Shown here: one piece after another, positions 23,904 through 24,000 of the stretch
Layout of the letters: each line of letters opens with the position of its first letter
Numbering within the stretch: the first letter of the stretch is position 1
Source: Bacillus solimangrovi
GTDB lineage: Bacteria > Bacillota > Bacilli > Bacillales > Bacillaceae_N
DNA length: 24,000 bases
Direction: 5' to 3'
NCBI RefSeq assembly: GCF_001742425.1
Contig: NZ_MJEH01000002.1
Coordinates: 59,793-83,792, forward strand
The notes under the pieces: model-generated
Database searches by the model: none
The model's input: only the letters and a program-made list of their open reading frames with translations
Told to the model about the DNA's origin: nothing
Made by a program: the position numbers and the translations under genes

Positions 23904-24000
23904 TTCATCACTTCCTTTCTCTTATGGATACTTAATTTGAATTACTATTCTTCACTTTACTAAAATTATTGCTTATACCGATACTTTTCCAATTATAAAT

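Noticed and set aside
1-24000. A scan for CRISPR arrays, tRNA/rRNA genes and riboswitch-like leaders
   Set aside because: I saw no regularly spaced direct repeats, no GC-rich cloverleaf-like segments, no rRNA-like conserved stretches and no structured long leaders. The intergenic regions are AT-rich with only simple hairpins.

Overview
By eye this is low-GC (about one-third G+C), Bacillus-like Firmicute DNA, mostly accessory in character. No rRNA, tRNA or CRISPR array was recognised. All family calls are by-eye motif recognition and no searches were run.

Contents from left to right:
1. A COG0701-type permease plus a TIGR03943/DUF1980 partner that carries a His/Cys-rich loop.
2. A VOC/glyoxalase-fold gene.
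3. A dihydroorotate-dehydrogenase-like barrel fused to an internally duplicated ~8-TM domain. It is followed by a solitary F-type ATPase c-subunit-like proteolipid that keeps the ion-binding Glu.
4. A membrane-anchored beta-helix protein.
5. Three consecutive minus-strand ABC exporter operons, one with a fused double permease and a DUF4097 lipoprotein. A divergent TetR regulator follows, with an 18-bp tandem repeat over the shared promoter.
6. An AT-rich island of five uncharacterised genes (14.5-17.6 kb). It includes an HExxH metallopeptidase-like protein and a CxxC..H..N..CxxC HNH-like zinc-finger protein. This is my best candidate for an undescribed defence or toxin-type system.
7. A complete IS66-family element (tnpA-tnpB-tnpC). 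It truncates the last island gene and has no visible 8-bp target duplication. A 12-nt direct repeat brackets island plus IS.
8. NRPS/PKS accessory genes: an Sfp-type PPTase, an S12 beta-lactamase-fold hydrolase with C-terminal TM helices, and a type II thioesterase. A transposase remnant lies among them.
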